A stretch of 60,634 bases of DNA from an uncultured archaeon. Its GTDB lineage: Archaea > Asgardarchaeota > Lokiarchaeia > Sigyniarchaeales > SOKP01. Under the pieces are notes generated by a model. The model was not told the DNA's origin, ran no database searches, and was given only the letters and a program-made list of their open reading frames with translations. The translations under genes and the position numbers were made by a program. The stretch lies in assembly GCA_964388035.1 (NCBI GenBank), contig CAYLZE010000018.1:1-60634 (forward strand). Reading direction: 5' to 3'. Below, one piece after another: positions 47,266 to 57,409 of the stretch; position 1 is the stretch's first letter, and every line of letters begins with the position of its first letter.

Positions 47266-47474
47266 GATTATTATCCCTATAAAATTTACTTTGAAAAAAT
47301 ACTCTTTCTTTGTTTTAATAAATAAAGCTTTATATATTTCTTCAAAAGAATATTATATGTGAGTCAAAAATTAATTCATACCTATAAAATTAAGTTTTAA
47401 TTCATTAACAACAATAATAATAATATTAGATACTTAATTTTAACTATAAAAGAACTTATTTAAATGGGACAATC

Positions 47475-48017
47475 ATGTATCAAGCCACGTATAAAGTCGT
47501 GATTTTCGGCGATGCTGGAACTGGCAAGACTACTTTAACCCATCGTTTTTTGACGGATGTGTTCATTTCAGACAGTAAAATGACCATTGGGGTGGACTTC
47601 CAAATTAAGACCTTGTCAGTCGAGGAGAAAAAGGTTAAACTCCAAATTTGGGATTTCGGGGGAGAAGAGAGGTTTAGATTTCTACTCCCTACTTACGTGA
47701 GAGGGGCTAACGGAGGAATATTCTTATATGATATAACAAATGAAGCTTCCCTTGATCATATTGACGATTGGTTAGAAGTAATTAGAAGCGAGCAATTCAA
47801 GAATCAAAAAGAGAACCAACCATTTCCGATATTAGTTGTGGGTAGCAAGGCAGATTTGCATGATGAGAGAGAAGTGAGTAGCGATGATGCACTCAAAATG
47901 GTTAAGAGACGAGGACTGGATGGTTTTTTGGAAACTAGTTCTAAAAGCGGAAAGAACGTGGAAAAGACTTTCCAGTCATTAACTCGATTGATGCTCCAGA
48001 ACAGCAATCTAATCTGA
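47475..48017 (+). CDS. Rab-like small GTPase
   Basis: GDAGTGKTT, TIGVDF, KLQIWDFGGEERFR, YVRGANG, GSKAD and ETSSK. Confidence 0.95.
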   Translation: MYQATYKVVIFGDAGTGKTTLTHRFLTDVFISDSKMTIGVDFQIKTLSVEEKKVKLQIWDFGGEERFRFLLPTYVRGANGGIFLYDITNEASLDHIDDWLEVIRSEQFKNQKENQPFPILVVGSKADLHDEREVSSDDALKMVKRRGLDGFLETSSKSGKNVEKTFQSLTRLMLQNSNLI

Positions 48018-48116
48018 TTTCTCTAATAATAGCACCCTTTTAGAAAAAAAACCAAGCAATAAAAAAAATGAAAAAAGAAATTCAATTCTTATTAATTAAA
48101 GAAGGAATTTAATAAT

Positions 48117-49910
48117 TTAGCTATTTTTCGGGTTTCCGTATTTTGCTACATATATGGGATCATTGATTTGAAGAGTTCTTCTCTGTACTTTACCTATTAA
48201 ATCCTTAGGCACTTCTTTTATTATTTCTATATAATAAGGTCTTTTATAATGGGTAATGTTCTCCTCCGCCCAAGCTTTGATTGCCTCCGGAGTCAAAGAG
48301 GAACCTGGCGTGAGTTCTATCCATGCTTTGACAGCTTCCCCAAAGTCTTCATGCGGAATGCCTGCAACCGCAGCTTCGGATATTTCAGGATGTTTCATTA
48401 ATAATTCTTCTACTTCCTTGGGATAGACGGAATATCCCTTGTACTTTATAAGTTGTTTCTTCCTGTCCCTGATTTCAATGGTTCCATCCTCATTCATGAA
48501 TCCAATATCTCCCGTTAGAAGCCATAATTTCCCGTCATATTCTTTAATGGTATCCTCCGTTTCTTCAGGCTTTTCGAGGTATTCCAACATGACTTGAGGG
48601 CCATGAACACAGATTTCACCCGTATGTTCTTCCCCAAAATTTTTATCATCGGGATTTCCCAATACGATGGGTCCTTTACTAAAGTCTTCCGTAGGCCAAA
48701 TCCCCCATTCAGTTCCTGGTACGGGCAGTCCGATTACTCCAATAGGGCTTTCTCCAAATAAATTACCTGAACTTACTACGGGAGAAGCTTCTGTCAATCC
48801 ATACCCTTCAACGATGTTTCCTCCCGTGTTCTTCACGAAGGCATCATGTACGGGTCGATGTAGCGGTCCTGCTCCAGAAACGCATAAAGATAATTTTCCC
48901 ATTACTCCCGGATAATCCTTCAAACCTTCAAATTCCGCAAGACGTTTAAACAAAACTTCTGCGCCCGCATATACTAACCCTTCGGGGCAAGGTAATTCTT
49001 CAATGGTTTTACATAATTCCTCTTGAGAAGGAGGTCTTGCAAAGAGCATCATCCATCCACCTAATGCCACGCTCGAATTCATGATAACAGTGTGGGCGAA
49101 ACTGTGGAATAAAGGTAATACCCCTACACTTCCGATTCCCGGTTTTTCTCCACCAAGAATGAGCGCACATTGAATAGCATTTGATACCGCGTTATAGTGA
49201 GTTAAAATTGCTGATTTTGGCAACCCCGTGGTACCTCCCGTCATGATATAGGTGGCGGGATGGGTTTTCACATCTATCTTTACTTCAGGAACGTTAGGTT
49301 CTGTTTCTAATAGGTCCATGAATTTGATGGCGCCGGGATAATCCACGGTACCTTTAGGAATTTTCTTCAATAACTTTCCTAATACTCTTTTGAAACCCAG
49401 TCCGTGAGCTAGATCAGCTATATTAGTATAAATCACGATTTTAATAGTCGATTGATCGATTATCTTCTTGATATAGGGTTCATATAACGCATCTAATGCA
49501 ATGAGCGCCTTGGGTTTGATGATGTGAAATTGATGCAAAATTTCCATCGGTTGATAAGTAGGATTAATTCCGGATGCAACTGCACCGATCCTCGTGATTG
49601 CATAATAGCCAATGATATATTGAAAGCAATTCCCCAGATGCATGGCAACAACATCTCCTTTCTTAATTCCTAAATTAGATAATGCTGTAGCCAAGGATAA
49701 CACGTGCTTCTGGAATTCTTTATAGGTCATCCAGGTTTCTAAAAACCACATGATGGGTTTATCCCCGTATTTTTCTACTTGCTCATCCAGTATTTCATTT
49801 ACTGTTTTCTCCGGAAAGGTATAATTTTTGGGTACTTCTTTGGCCCACCATTTCTTGAACCAAATTTTATTTTGATTTACTTGATACTTGTCCTCTTTTT
49901 TAATTGGCAT
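48117..49910 (-). CDS. Long-chain acyl-CoA synthetase (AMP-binding, FadD-like)
   Basis: MTGGTTGLPKS, LPLFHSF, EGYGLTEASP, TGDIG, DRKKQLI and PKDLIGKVQRR. Confidence 0.93.
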   Translation of the reverse strand: MPIKKEDKYQVNQNKIWFKKWWAKEVPKNYTFPEKTVNEILDEQVEKYGDKPIMWFLETWMTYKEFQKHVLSLATALSNLGIKKGDVVAMHLGNCFQYIIGYYAITRIGAVASGINPTYQPMEILHQFHIIKPKALIALDALYEPYIKKIIDQSTIKIVIYTNIADLAHGLGFKRVLGKLLKKIPKGTVDYPGAIKFMDLLETEPNVPEVKIDVKTHPATYIMTGGTTGLPKSAILTHYNAVSNAIQCALILGGEKPGIGSVGVLPLFHSFAHTVIMNSSVALGGWMMLFARPPSQEELCKTIEELPCPEGLVYAGAEVLFKRLAEFEGLKDYPGVMGKLSLCVSGAGPLHRPVHDAFVKNTGGNIVEGYGLTEASPVVSSGNLFGESPIGVIGLPVPGTEWGIWPTEDFSKGPIVLGNPDDKNFGEEHTGEICVHGPQVMLEYLEKPEETEDTIKEYDGKLWLLTGDIGFMNEDGTIEIRDRKKQLIKYKGYSVYPKEVEELLMKHPEISEAAVAGIPHEDFGEAVKAWIELTPGSSLTPEAIKAWAEENITHYKRPYYIEIIKEVPKDLIGKVQRRTLQINDPIYVAKYGNPKNS

Positions 49911-50156
49911 GTTTTTTAAACTCTTTTTATTATTAAAATTTTTATAAATTCTGTTAATTATAATTTAAGAGGGGAATATTAATAAAATATGGGGATAATA
50001 CTTATAGGATTTAAGGGGGAGACAGAGATCAAGGATTAATTCAAAAGGCAAGCTATAACAAGTCTATTTAAAAAAAAAATTGAAAAACCACTAAAAGTTA
50101 AATATTATCCATTGATATTTTCTTATTAACTTAGTTATTATCTTCACGGAAAAAAC

Positions 50157-51230
50157 ATGTCAAAAAAGCTCAAGGGTCAAGGAAGAGTTTATAAAGGATT
50201 ATTAATAAGCAGATTAATAGTTTTTATTTCCATTATCGTGGTTCCTATCATTATTTTCATCGTGTTTAACGTGGCAGGTTTTTCTCTGTGGTTTTCAGCA
50301 GATCCCGTGTTGAATCTCTGGCTGATCCGCATTTTATGTCCCTTGGTCTTTAGTGTGGGGTGGCTTTTCTTCTTAATCTTATTTGCTAATCGATTTGCAG
50401 AGACCATGGATTCCATGGATAGAACCGTGAGTATCGTTCCCTTACGCTTGAAAATTTTTTATGGAATTAACGCGCTAGTAATCTTATTTATTTTCATATT
50501 TCCTTTAATAACCCCCGTGATAGCCATTTTAAGCTTCGCTTCCTTCGCATGGCGTATAACCACATTCAAGAAGGAAATGTGGGATGATTCTAAGACTTCT
50601 TTCCTAACAAAATTCACGATTGTTTTATTTTCTCTTCTACCCATTTTCTGTGCCGTATGTATTATTCCCGATTATTTAAATCTCCCCCTCTTTTTATGGA
50701 ATGGCGTTTGGAATTTTTCTATTTATGAAGTGGGACTTGAAGCCATAACATTTCAAGATATCATGTATATCTTCAGTTACTCCTTATGTACTGCTTTGGC
50801 CATTGGTTCTTTCTTTGTATTGCTTGCAAATCGTGGTGTAGCGGAATATGAACAATTATTCGCAGCGCCTCCCAAGACAAAAGGAATGTTGGAAGTAAAA
50901 ATATTCGAATTCCTTTTTTTCATATTTCTTTTTGTTTTAGCTTTACTTGATTTTGCTGTCGTGGATTTTTTTTACTATTTTGGATTTTTTGTGGTGGTAG
51001 TTGTTAGTATCGTGAATTTCTTTTCGGGAAAAAAGAAAAATAAGAAATTTAAGGCACACGTGTTCGGATATATCTTAGCGGCAATCTTCATGAGCTCTAG
51101 TTTATTCTCAATCATTCCCGGAGTATCTCCAGATGTATCTGGAGTGCTCAAACTATGGAGTTTAGTGGCATTAGCGGCTATTTTTATAATAATTTTCTTC
51201 TATACCTTTATCGTGCTAGATGAAAGTTGA
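50157..51230 (+). CDS. Polytopic membrane protein of unknown function (about 9-10 TM helices)
   Basis: Many long hydrophobic stretches separated by basic loops. No recognised motif. Confidence 0.8.
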   Translation: MSKKLKGQGRVYKGLLISRLIVFISIIVVPIIIFIVFNVAGFSLWFSADPVLNLWLIRILCPLVFSVGWLFFLILFANRFAETMDSMDRTVSIVPLRLKIFYGINALVILFIFIFPLITPVIAILSFASFAWRITTFKKEMWDDSKTSFLTKFTIVLFSLLPIFCAVCIIPDYLNLPLFLWNGVWNFSIYEVGLEAITFQDIMYIFSYSLCTALAIGSFFVLLANRGVAEYEQLFAAPPKTKGMLEVKIFEFLFFIFLFVLALLDFAVVDFFYYFGFFVVVVVSIVNFFSGKKKNKKFKAHVFGYILAAIFMSSSLFSIIPGVSPDVSGVLKLWSLVALAAIFIIIFFYTFIVLDES

Positions 51231-51412
51231 TTAAAATATTTTTTTTTATTTTTTTATAACGTCTACTTACTTTTTTTCTGGATATTCTCCCATTTCTAGT
51301 TATTTATTTGTCCTTTCTTTAAAGAGATAGATGTCTAGCCATGGAAAAGAAAGAAAGAAGAAAAAATAATAGAATACTAAAAAAGATTTGAAGTTATTTG
51401 GTAAGGAAACGC

Positions 51413-52108
51413 TTAATTTCCGCCTTTTATTACCGTTCCCTTATCCATTCGGATGATTTTATCTCCATATTTAGCGACCGTTTCCCGATGGGTGACTACA
51501 ATCACGGTAGTTTCATAATCTTTATTAATCTTTTTCAATAGCTCCATGATTTGTGTTTCACTCTCGGGATCCAAGTTTCCCGTCAATTCATCACCGAAAA
51601 TTACCCTTGGTTTTCCTACTATAGCTCTTGCAAGAGCCACGCGTTGCTTTTCTCCTCCGCTCATTTGAGCAGGAAAGTGATCCTTTCGATGGAGCATGTC
51701 CACATCTCTAAGCGCAGCTATTGCTCGATCTTCTACTTCTTTAGATCGCAACACGGTTGGCCATAAAGGAGCTTCCACGTTTTCCATTGCGGTTAACGTA
51801 TTGATTAAATTGAAATCTTGAAAGACAAAACCCACTTTCTGGCGTCTAATACGACTCAATCTATCTTCCGTGGAGCGCGCAATATTTTCTCCATCAAAAA
51901 TGATGCGACCGGAATCGGGAAAATCTAATCCCGATAGAACATTGAGCAACGTGGACTTTCCGCATCCGGTTGGTCCTTGAACTATCACGAACTCTCCTGA
52001 TTTAATAGTTAAGTTGATATCTGCCAAGGCGCGAATGATCGCTCCTGCTCGCCTATATTCTTTATTTATATTAATTGCTTCAATCATGGTATCTTTTTCT
52101 ACTGGCAT
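51413..52108 (-). CDS. ABC transporter ATP-binding protein (LolD/FtsE/MacB-type)
   Basis: GPTGCGKST, GFVFQDFNL, MSGGEKQRVALARA, DELTGNLD and VVTH. Confidence 0.94.
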   Translation of the reverse strand: MPVEKDTMIEAININKEYRRAGAIIRALADINLTIKSGEFVIVQGPTGCGKSTLLNVLSGLDFPDSGRIIFDGENIARSTEDRLSRIRRQKVGFVFQDFNLINTLTAMENVEAPLWPTVLRSKEVEDRAIAALRDVDMLHRKDHFPAQMSGGEKQRVALARAIVGKPRVIFGDELTGNLDPESETQIMELLKKINKDYETTVIVVTHRETVAKYGDKIIRMDKGTVIKGGN

Positions 52109-52127
52109 GTTTCACTCACCACTTTTC

Positions 52128-52673
52128 TTATTCACCCGGTTTTTTAAGTGCGATGATCGGGCGAACTTTCAGTATTTTTCTATTTGCTAAAAATATGGCA
52201 ATTAATTGAACGAATAAAAACATCAAAAATGTTAAAACCACCGGCAATAAACTTATCAAGATCGTTGGTAAATCCGTTAGTAGTCCCACGGATTGAAGAT
52301 AGGTAAAAACGGCAGCATAGTGGAATAATACCTCGATTACGATAAAAAACCCTACAAGCGTGGTATATAGAATGATTCCTGATACCAAGGTGTTAATATT
52401 TCCATTGGTATATCCAATGCACTTTAACGTTGCCCAGGTGCGTCGATTCCTTGCCACGATGATCCATGCATATAGTAGCGAAAGCATGAGACTCACGATG
52501 AAAAAGATTAAGATGAAGTAGGTTGTCAGCGTTGAACCTTGATTATTAAACGTCGTGTGCATGAAAAAACTGGTTAAAAACATGAGAGACGTGTAAATAA
52601 GCGTGAAAATAACAAAAATTTTCTTTTCCCTCATAGTCATTAATATCGCTTTTCGCCATAATCTTAAAGCCAT
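52128..52673 (-). CDS. Minimal FtsX/MacB-type permease (4 TM, no large extracellular domain)
   Basis: RNRRTWATLKCIGYTNGNI (FtsX coupling-helix motif) and C-terminal KILKVRPIIALK. Confidence 0.82.
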   Translation of the reverse strand: MALRLWRKAILMTMREKKIFVIFTLIYTSLMFLTSFFMHTTFNNQGSTLTTYFILIFFIVSLMLSLLYAWIIVARNRRTWATLKCIGYTNGNINTLVSGIILYTTLVGFFIVIEVLFHYAAVFTYLQSVGLLTDLPTILISLLPVVLTFLMFLFVQLIAIFLANRKILKVRPIIALKKPGE

Positions 52674-52777
52674 TTTATTTCACCAAATATTAATTTTTTC
52701 GTAAATAATATTTTTAAATTAAAAGATTTGTACTATTATATAATAACAATAACTAATATTTCTTTTCAATTTTGACC

Positions 52778-53173
52778 ATGTCAGCATATGAAAATATAAT
52801 TAATGAATTGTTAGATCAAGAGCAAAATATTTACGGCATCGCTATCGTGAAGAAGGATGGAAATTTACTAACACAAACGGAGAATTGGAACGTTTCTGAG
52901 GATCTTTTTAAGGAGGGAGGTATAAATCAATTGATCAAGGCAGAGGGAGGGATTGGAGCCATTACCGTCCAAGGGATCCGATATTCGATCGTGGAAAATA
53001 CCCCTGAACGGAAAATTGGAACTAACGTTACCGGAAAAGGACACGTGATCGTGTGTCCCGTGCCCGTGGGGGGAACAGGAGCCTTAATCTGTTATGTGAA
53101 TCCCGCAGTCAGCCCCAGAGATGTTCTTTTTACCATACAAGAATACGCAAAGAGATTCGCAGAATTTGTTTAA
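52778..53173 (+). CDS. Asgard (Loki-type) profilin
   Basis: GIAIVKKDG.LLTQTENWN, QGIRYSIVENTPERKIGTNVTGKGHVIVCPVPVGG.GALICYVNP...PRDVLF..QEYAK match my recollection of Lokiarchaeal profilins. Alternative TTG start at 52772. Confidence 0.9.
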   Translation: MSAYENIINELLDQEQNIYGIAIVKKDGNLLTQTENWNVSEDLFKEGGINQLIKAEGGIGAITVQGIRYSIVENTPERKIGTNVTGKGHVIVCPVPVGGTGALICYVNPAVSPRDVLFTIQEYAKRFAEFV

Positions 53174-53323
53174 GATTAGATCTCCATTTCAAAAAAGGTG
53201 GATCTCATTTCAAAAGAAATCCAAAATTAAGTATAAGCACGTTTTTTTAATTACTTTTTTTTAATTTATCATTAGTTCTTTAACTCGTTTTCGCTTGCAT
53301 GCTCTGTTTAATTCTTCATTTTT

Positions 53324-54424
53324 TTATTCTGAATTAAAATTCCAATAATTACTTAACTGGTGCTTTAGCAGAGCCGAGATTTTAAGAATTTCATCTTTTT
53401 TTGAAAATTCAGAAAAATTGAGGAACTCAAAGGAAGGAGATAATTGTTCTTGATTCAACAAGGCCCTGATGATAGAATGCACGCAAAATGGTAACGCTTG
53501 CAAGCCATATCCTCCTTCTAATATAAAGCAGACTTTTCCATTGCAAATCTCTTCTGCAACTTCCTTGACTAAGCTGGCGAAATGATAATAAGAGGAAGTT
53601 GTTAAAAAGCCATTCCCGATGGGATCAGAAAAATGAAAATCGAATCCCATAGCAATGATAATCAGTTCAGGTTTAAATTGTTTCAGAATGGGGGGAACCA
53701 TTGAAATGCAATCCAAGAAATCCTCATCCGTGATGCCTAAAGGTACGGGAAAGTTTATGTTAGTTCCTAATCCCTCTCCTTCCCCCAGTTCGCTGAAATG
53801 ACCGATATCCCCTTCAATAAAATCGTATTCATGGATCGAAAAATATAACACGTTTGGATCCTCGTAAAAATACTGTGCAAGGCCATCTCCAAAATGATCA
53901 TCAATATCTATAATTGCAATTTTCTTATTAAAATTTAATTTGGTACGAAGGTACTGGATGGCCGTGGCAATGTTATTAAAGATACATAACCCTGATGATT
54001 TATCCCGTGTAGCATGATGCCCTGGTGGGCGTATTAATGCAATTGATTGCTCCACTTCTCCATTAATCACGGTTTTCATGGCTTCAATGCTGCCTCCCAC
54101 GGCTAATTTTGCCAATTCAAACGTGTCCTCCGTGATAAAAATTTCCTCCCCCATGACCCCACTTCCATATAGAGACAATCTCTTAATTAAATTCACGTGA
54201 TATGCAGAATGGGTTAATCGAAGAACTTCCTCCGAGACTGTCTCGGGGATAATCTTCACGATTTGATCACTAGAAAGCAAGTCAATCTTATCAAAATAAT
54301 CCAAAATTGCCTTGATTCTGAGGGGATTTTCATATGATGAGAAGATCGGACGAGGATACGGGGGATCATGCAAGAAGGCAAAATTTTCGTGAGATATTAT
54401 TCCTATCTTCTTTTTATTAGTCAT
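53324..54424 (-). CDS. Histone deacetylase family protein (AcuC/APAH-like)
   Basis: ENPLRI, RPPGHHA, GLCIFNN, IDIDDHFGDG, SIHE, GFDFH.SDP and LEGGY. Confidence 0.93.
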   Translation of the reverse strand: MTNKKKIGIISHENFAFLHDPPYPRPIFSSYENPLRIKAILDYFDKIDLLSSDQIVKIIPETVSEEVLRLTHSAYHVNLIKRLSLYGSGVMGEEIFITEDTFELAKLAVGGSIEAMKTVINGEVEQSIALIRPPGHHATRDKSSGLCIFNNIATAIQYLRTKLNFNKKIAIIDIDDHFGDGLAQYFYEDPNVLYFSIHEYDFIEGDIGHFSELGEGEGLGTNINFPVPLGITDEDFLDCISMVPPILKQFKPELIIIAMGFDFHFSDPIGNGFLTTSSYYHFASLVKEVAEEICNGKVCFILEGGYGLQALPFCVHSIIRALLNQEQLSPSFEFLNFSEFSKKDEILKISALLKHQLSNYWNFNSE

Positions 54425-54551
54425 GTTTTGAAGATTCCTTGAAGCAGTTTAAATTTTAAAAATTGAGCATGCATGGTAAATGTTTAAGGAACTTAAAGTT
54501 TCCAATAATTTTTAAAAAATAGAAATGTAATTAAATTGATTATCCCATCCT

Positions 54552-55352
54552 TTAGGGAATTGTAGCTACTGCTCGAACCCAACCTGCACTTGCTCTAGCG
54601 ATTTTCACGGGAAAACAATAGATCGTAGCCCCAAGGGGAGGGACTTTATCCAAGTTATACATTTTTTCCATTTGAAAGTAACCGAGCTCTATCCCCGCGA
54701 AGTGCCCTTCCCAAATCAAAGAAGTATCCGGTTTTTTTTCCTTGAGTGATTTTTTCCATTTTTGAGCCGTGAGGGAAAAAGGAGCATCCCAAGACCAAGC
54801 ATCAATTCCTACCACGTGAACCCCTTGTCTTATGATGTGTAAAGTGGCTTCTTTCCCCACTCCGACCCCGTGATTGATATATTCTTTGGTTCCATAGTGT
54901 TTAGGAGCATTGGTATGAACGCATAAGATGTCTCCCTCTCGAAGGTCGTGCCCGATTTTTTTTAACTTCTCATTTACATCTTCTGGAGTCATCACGTACC
55001 CTTCCTCATAATCCGTGCAATCCAACACGATAAGGGGTCCGATACCCCATTCTAATGGAAATTCATCAATAGTCATTGCTTTTCGTTCAGCTCTTTCTTT
55101 ATCTTGAATAGGAGCGAAGTGCCAAGGGGCATCCATGTGAGTTCCACTATGCGTTCCTAAAGTTAGCGTCTCAACCGCCCACCCCTTGCCATCGGGTAAA
55201 TGCTCTTTTGGTATTAATCGAGGAAAAACAAATCCCATTTGATCAGCCCCCTCCTCATGTGACGTATATTCGATCTTGGGTTGCGTGAGAGGAGGATCGA
55301 AGATTGCTTCTTCGGGGTTAATTATCGGAATACTTAAATCTACAAACTTCAT
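54552..55352 (-). CDS. Cyclase family protein (kynurenine formamidase-like)
   Basis: DLSIPI, HSGTHMDAPWHF, GIDAWSWD, WEGH and FPVKI..ASAGWVRAVA. Confidence 0.92.
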   Translation of the reverse strand: MKFVDLSIPIINPEEAIFDPPLTQPKIEYTSHEEGADQMGFVFPRLIPKEHLPDGKGWAVETLTLGTHSGTHMDAPWHFAPIQDKERAERKAMTIDEFPLEWGIGPLIVLDCTDYEEGYVMTPEDVNEKLKKIGHDLREGDILCVHTNAPKHYGTKEYINHGVGVGKEATLHIIRQGVHVVGIDAWSWDAPFSLTAQKWKKSLKEKKPDTSLIWEGHFAGIELGYFQMEKMYNLDKVPPLGATIYCFPVKIARASAGWVRAVATIP

Positions 55353-55628
55353 TAATACTCAATGGGAAGTATTCCTATTAAAATCTTTTTCATGTATTTT
55401 TTTAGGATTATTGGGTTATCCTACCATGGACTTTTTTTAAGAAATGATATATCATATAAACTATTATCAATCTTAAATGGAAACGCGTGTTCCAAATTAG
55501 AGTTTGATGTAATAGAATGGTATTCCTTACCCAATGTATTTCAACTTAAAAGATGTAAAAACTATCGCGTTCTTTTTAGAAAATAACTATTTTAAAACAA
55601 CAAACACCAATTTATGAGAAAATAGCTC

Positions 55629-56579
55629 ATGGAAGAAATTGAAGAAATAAAAGGTGCCACGACCACAAAATCTAGAGCGAGCATGCTTCTTGCCGCCTTT
55701 TTCATGGGAAATGCAGGATTGTTAGTTTCTTTTCTAGCGGCATTTCCGTCTCATACCATCGTCTTATTAAGGGGCATTTTTGGCTCATTATTTCTCTTTT
55801 TATTTGCTTTGAAAACTAATTCTATTTCAAAAAGATTTCTCTCTAATATCTTAAAAAACCATTGGAAGCCCATTCTAGTAATATGTTCGACCTATTCATT
55901 GGGAATGCTGGTTTTTTTCACGAACATGATAGTTTCAGGATATGCTGTTTCCGTCTTTTTCTCTTATACGAATGGCATTTTTTTACTCATTCTCCTGATA
56001 CTCTTCAAGGAGGAAAAAGTATCCAAAATTAATATCTTCAGCTTTGCTTTGGTGATTTTCGGAATAGCAATTATCACCGAGTTTTGGAATGGATTATATA
56101 ATAGCATCGGGATCCTGTTGGGAATGATTACCGGCCTTTGCATTGCTATTGATGTTTTTTTCAAAAAAAAAATTTATAAAAAACAAGATCTAATCCCGAC
56201 AGACGGAAATCATAAAGGAAATTTATATGTTTCTCTGGCCTTGTTTCAACACTTGTTTAGCGTGATAGTTTTTTTTCCATTAGGTTTCTTGGATCTTCCT
56301 AAATTAACGGGATGGGATATTTTTTATAGCATGTTATTAGGACTAGGACCATCAGCTCTTGGTTTCTTTTTATTTAATTACGCGATAAAAAATGATAAAG
56401 GAGGAAATGTGTTTATTTTATCATATTTTGAACCCGTAGTTGCAACGGTAAATGCCGCTTTATTCTTGCAGGAATTCTCGATCTTTACCATCATTGGGGG
56501 AAGTTTTATCATCATGGGAAGTTTTATCATGACGCGATATTCTAAACAGGAAGGTGTTGATTTAGAGTTAGCTCCTTGA
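55629..56579 (+). CDS. DMT/EamA family transporter
   Basis: About 10 TM helices in two repeats, with LFKEEK and SYFEPVVA...LFLQE...IIGG. Confidence 0.85.
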   Translation: MEEIEEIKGATTTKSRASMLLAAFFMGNAGLLVSFLAAFPSHTIVLLRGIFGSLFLFLFALKTNSISKRFLSNILKNHWKPILVICSTYSLGMLVFFTNMIVSGYAVSVFFSYTNGIFLLILLILFKEEKVSKINIFSFALVIFGIAIITEFWNGLYNSIGILLGMITGLCIAIDVFFKKKIYKKQDLIPTDGNHKGNLYVSLALFQHLFSVIVFFPLGFLDLPKLTGWDIFYSMLLGLGPSALGFFLFNYAIKNDKGGNVFILSYFEPVVATVNAALFLQEFSIFTIIGGSFIIMGSFIMTRYSKQEGVDLELAP

Positions 56580-56607
56580 GCAATTTCTTCTGGGAATTCT
56601 TATCTTC

Positions 56608-57390
56608 ATGATAAAATCTATATATGGTATTCCATTCTTGCACCTAAATTTAGCGAGCATGATTTATATTAGCGATCCCAAAATGAAGTTCAAGCAAAAC
56701 CTGAATATATATTTGGTATTTCTCTATTTTCTCTTAATATATTTATCCTTTCAAGCCCATGAGGCAGGTCACTGGTTAATAGCGACCCTTCTCTTCTATG
56801 AAGTGATCGTGACTCCACTTGGGGTATATTTAATCCTCCCCGGAAATAATCTCGAAATGCTCGCCATCACGATAGTTGGACCCTTGATCGGAATTATCAT
56901 CACGATTTTTGGTGTTTTTTTACTCTCTAAGAAAGAAGACTTATTTTTGAAACGCTTGGGATTTTTTTTGATTTTTATTCAATCCTTCGGAGGATTGCTC
57001 CAAGAACTTTCCATGACTTTCGGCATTATAAGCGATCAACAAGTGATTGCACTCTTACTAAACATTTCGGAATGGTATATAAGAATACCTTTTATAATCT
57101 TTTTTATGGGTACATCCGGGCTCCTCTTAAAAGATACCTCCACGGGCTATAGAAATATTAAATGGCTTTTCTTCTTTGCAATTCTGTTTATCTTAAGTAT
57201 CATCTTCTTGCTATTATTTGAGTATTTTACTTGGCAACAAATTTATCTCGGAAATGTTCTATTTCTTCCTATTCTTGGTTTTTCAGGGTTTTTACTGGTA
57301 GTCAATATAGGTTTTGTTTTATTGGCCCTTCTTCTTTTTCGTAGGAGCAGACGTTTGGTGAAGGAGCAACCACCTTTACCACAGAATTAG
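56608..57390 (+). CDS. Membrane-embedded Zn metalloprotease-like protein (M50-like); real start may be MKFKQ
   Basis: HEAGH within a TM segment, VGP motif, downstream SD, multiple TM helices. Confidence 0.65.
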   Translation: MIKSIYGIPFLHLNLASMIYISDPKMKFKQNLNIYLVFLYFLLIYLSFQAHEAGHWLIATLLFYEVIVTPLGVYLILPGNNLEMLAITIVGPLIGIIITIFGVFLLSKKEDLFLKRLGFFLIFIQSFGGLLQELSMTFGIISDQQVIALLLNISEWYIRIPFIIFFMGTSGLLLKDTSTGYRNIKWLFFFAILFILSIIFLLLFEYFTWQQIYLGNVLFLPILGFSGFLLVVNIGFVLLALLLFRRSRRLVKEQPPLPQN

Positions 57391-57409
57391 AATAAGCTTC
57401 GAACTAGGC

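Noticed and set aside
55362-55586. 74-aa ORF between cyclase and EamA genes
   Set aside because: It occupies the AT-rich divergent promoter region and has no motif or SD, so it is likely spurious.
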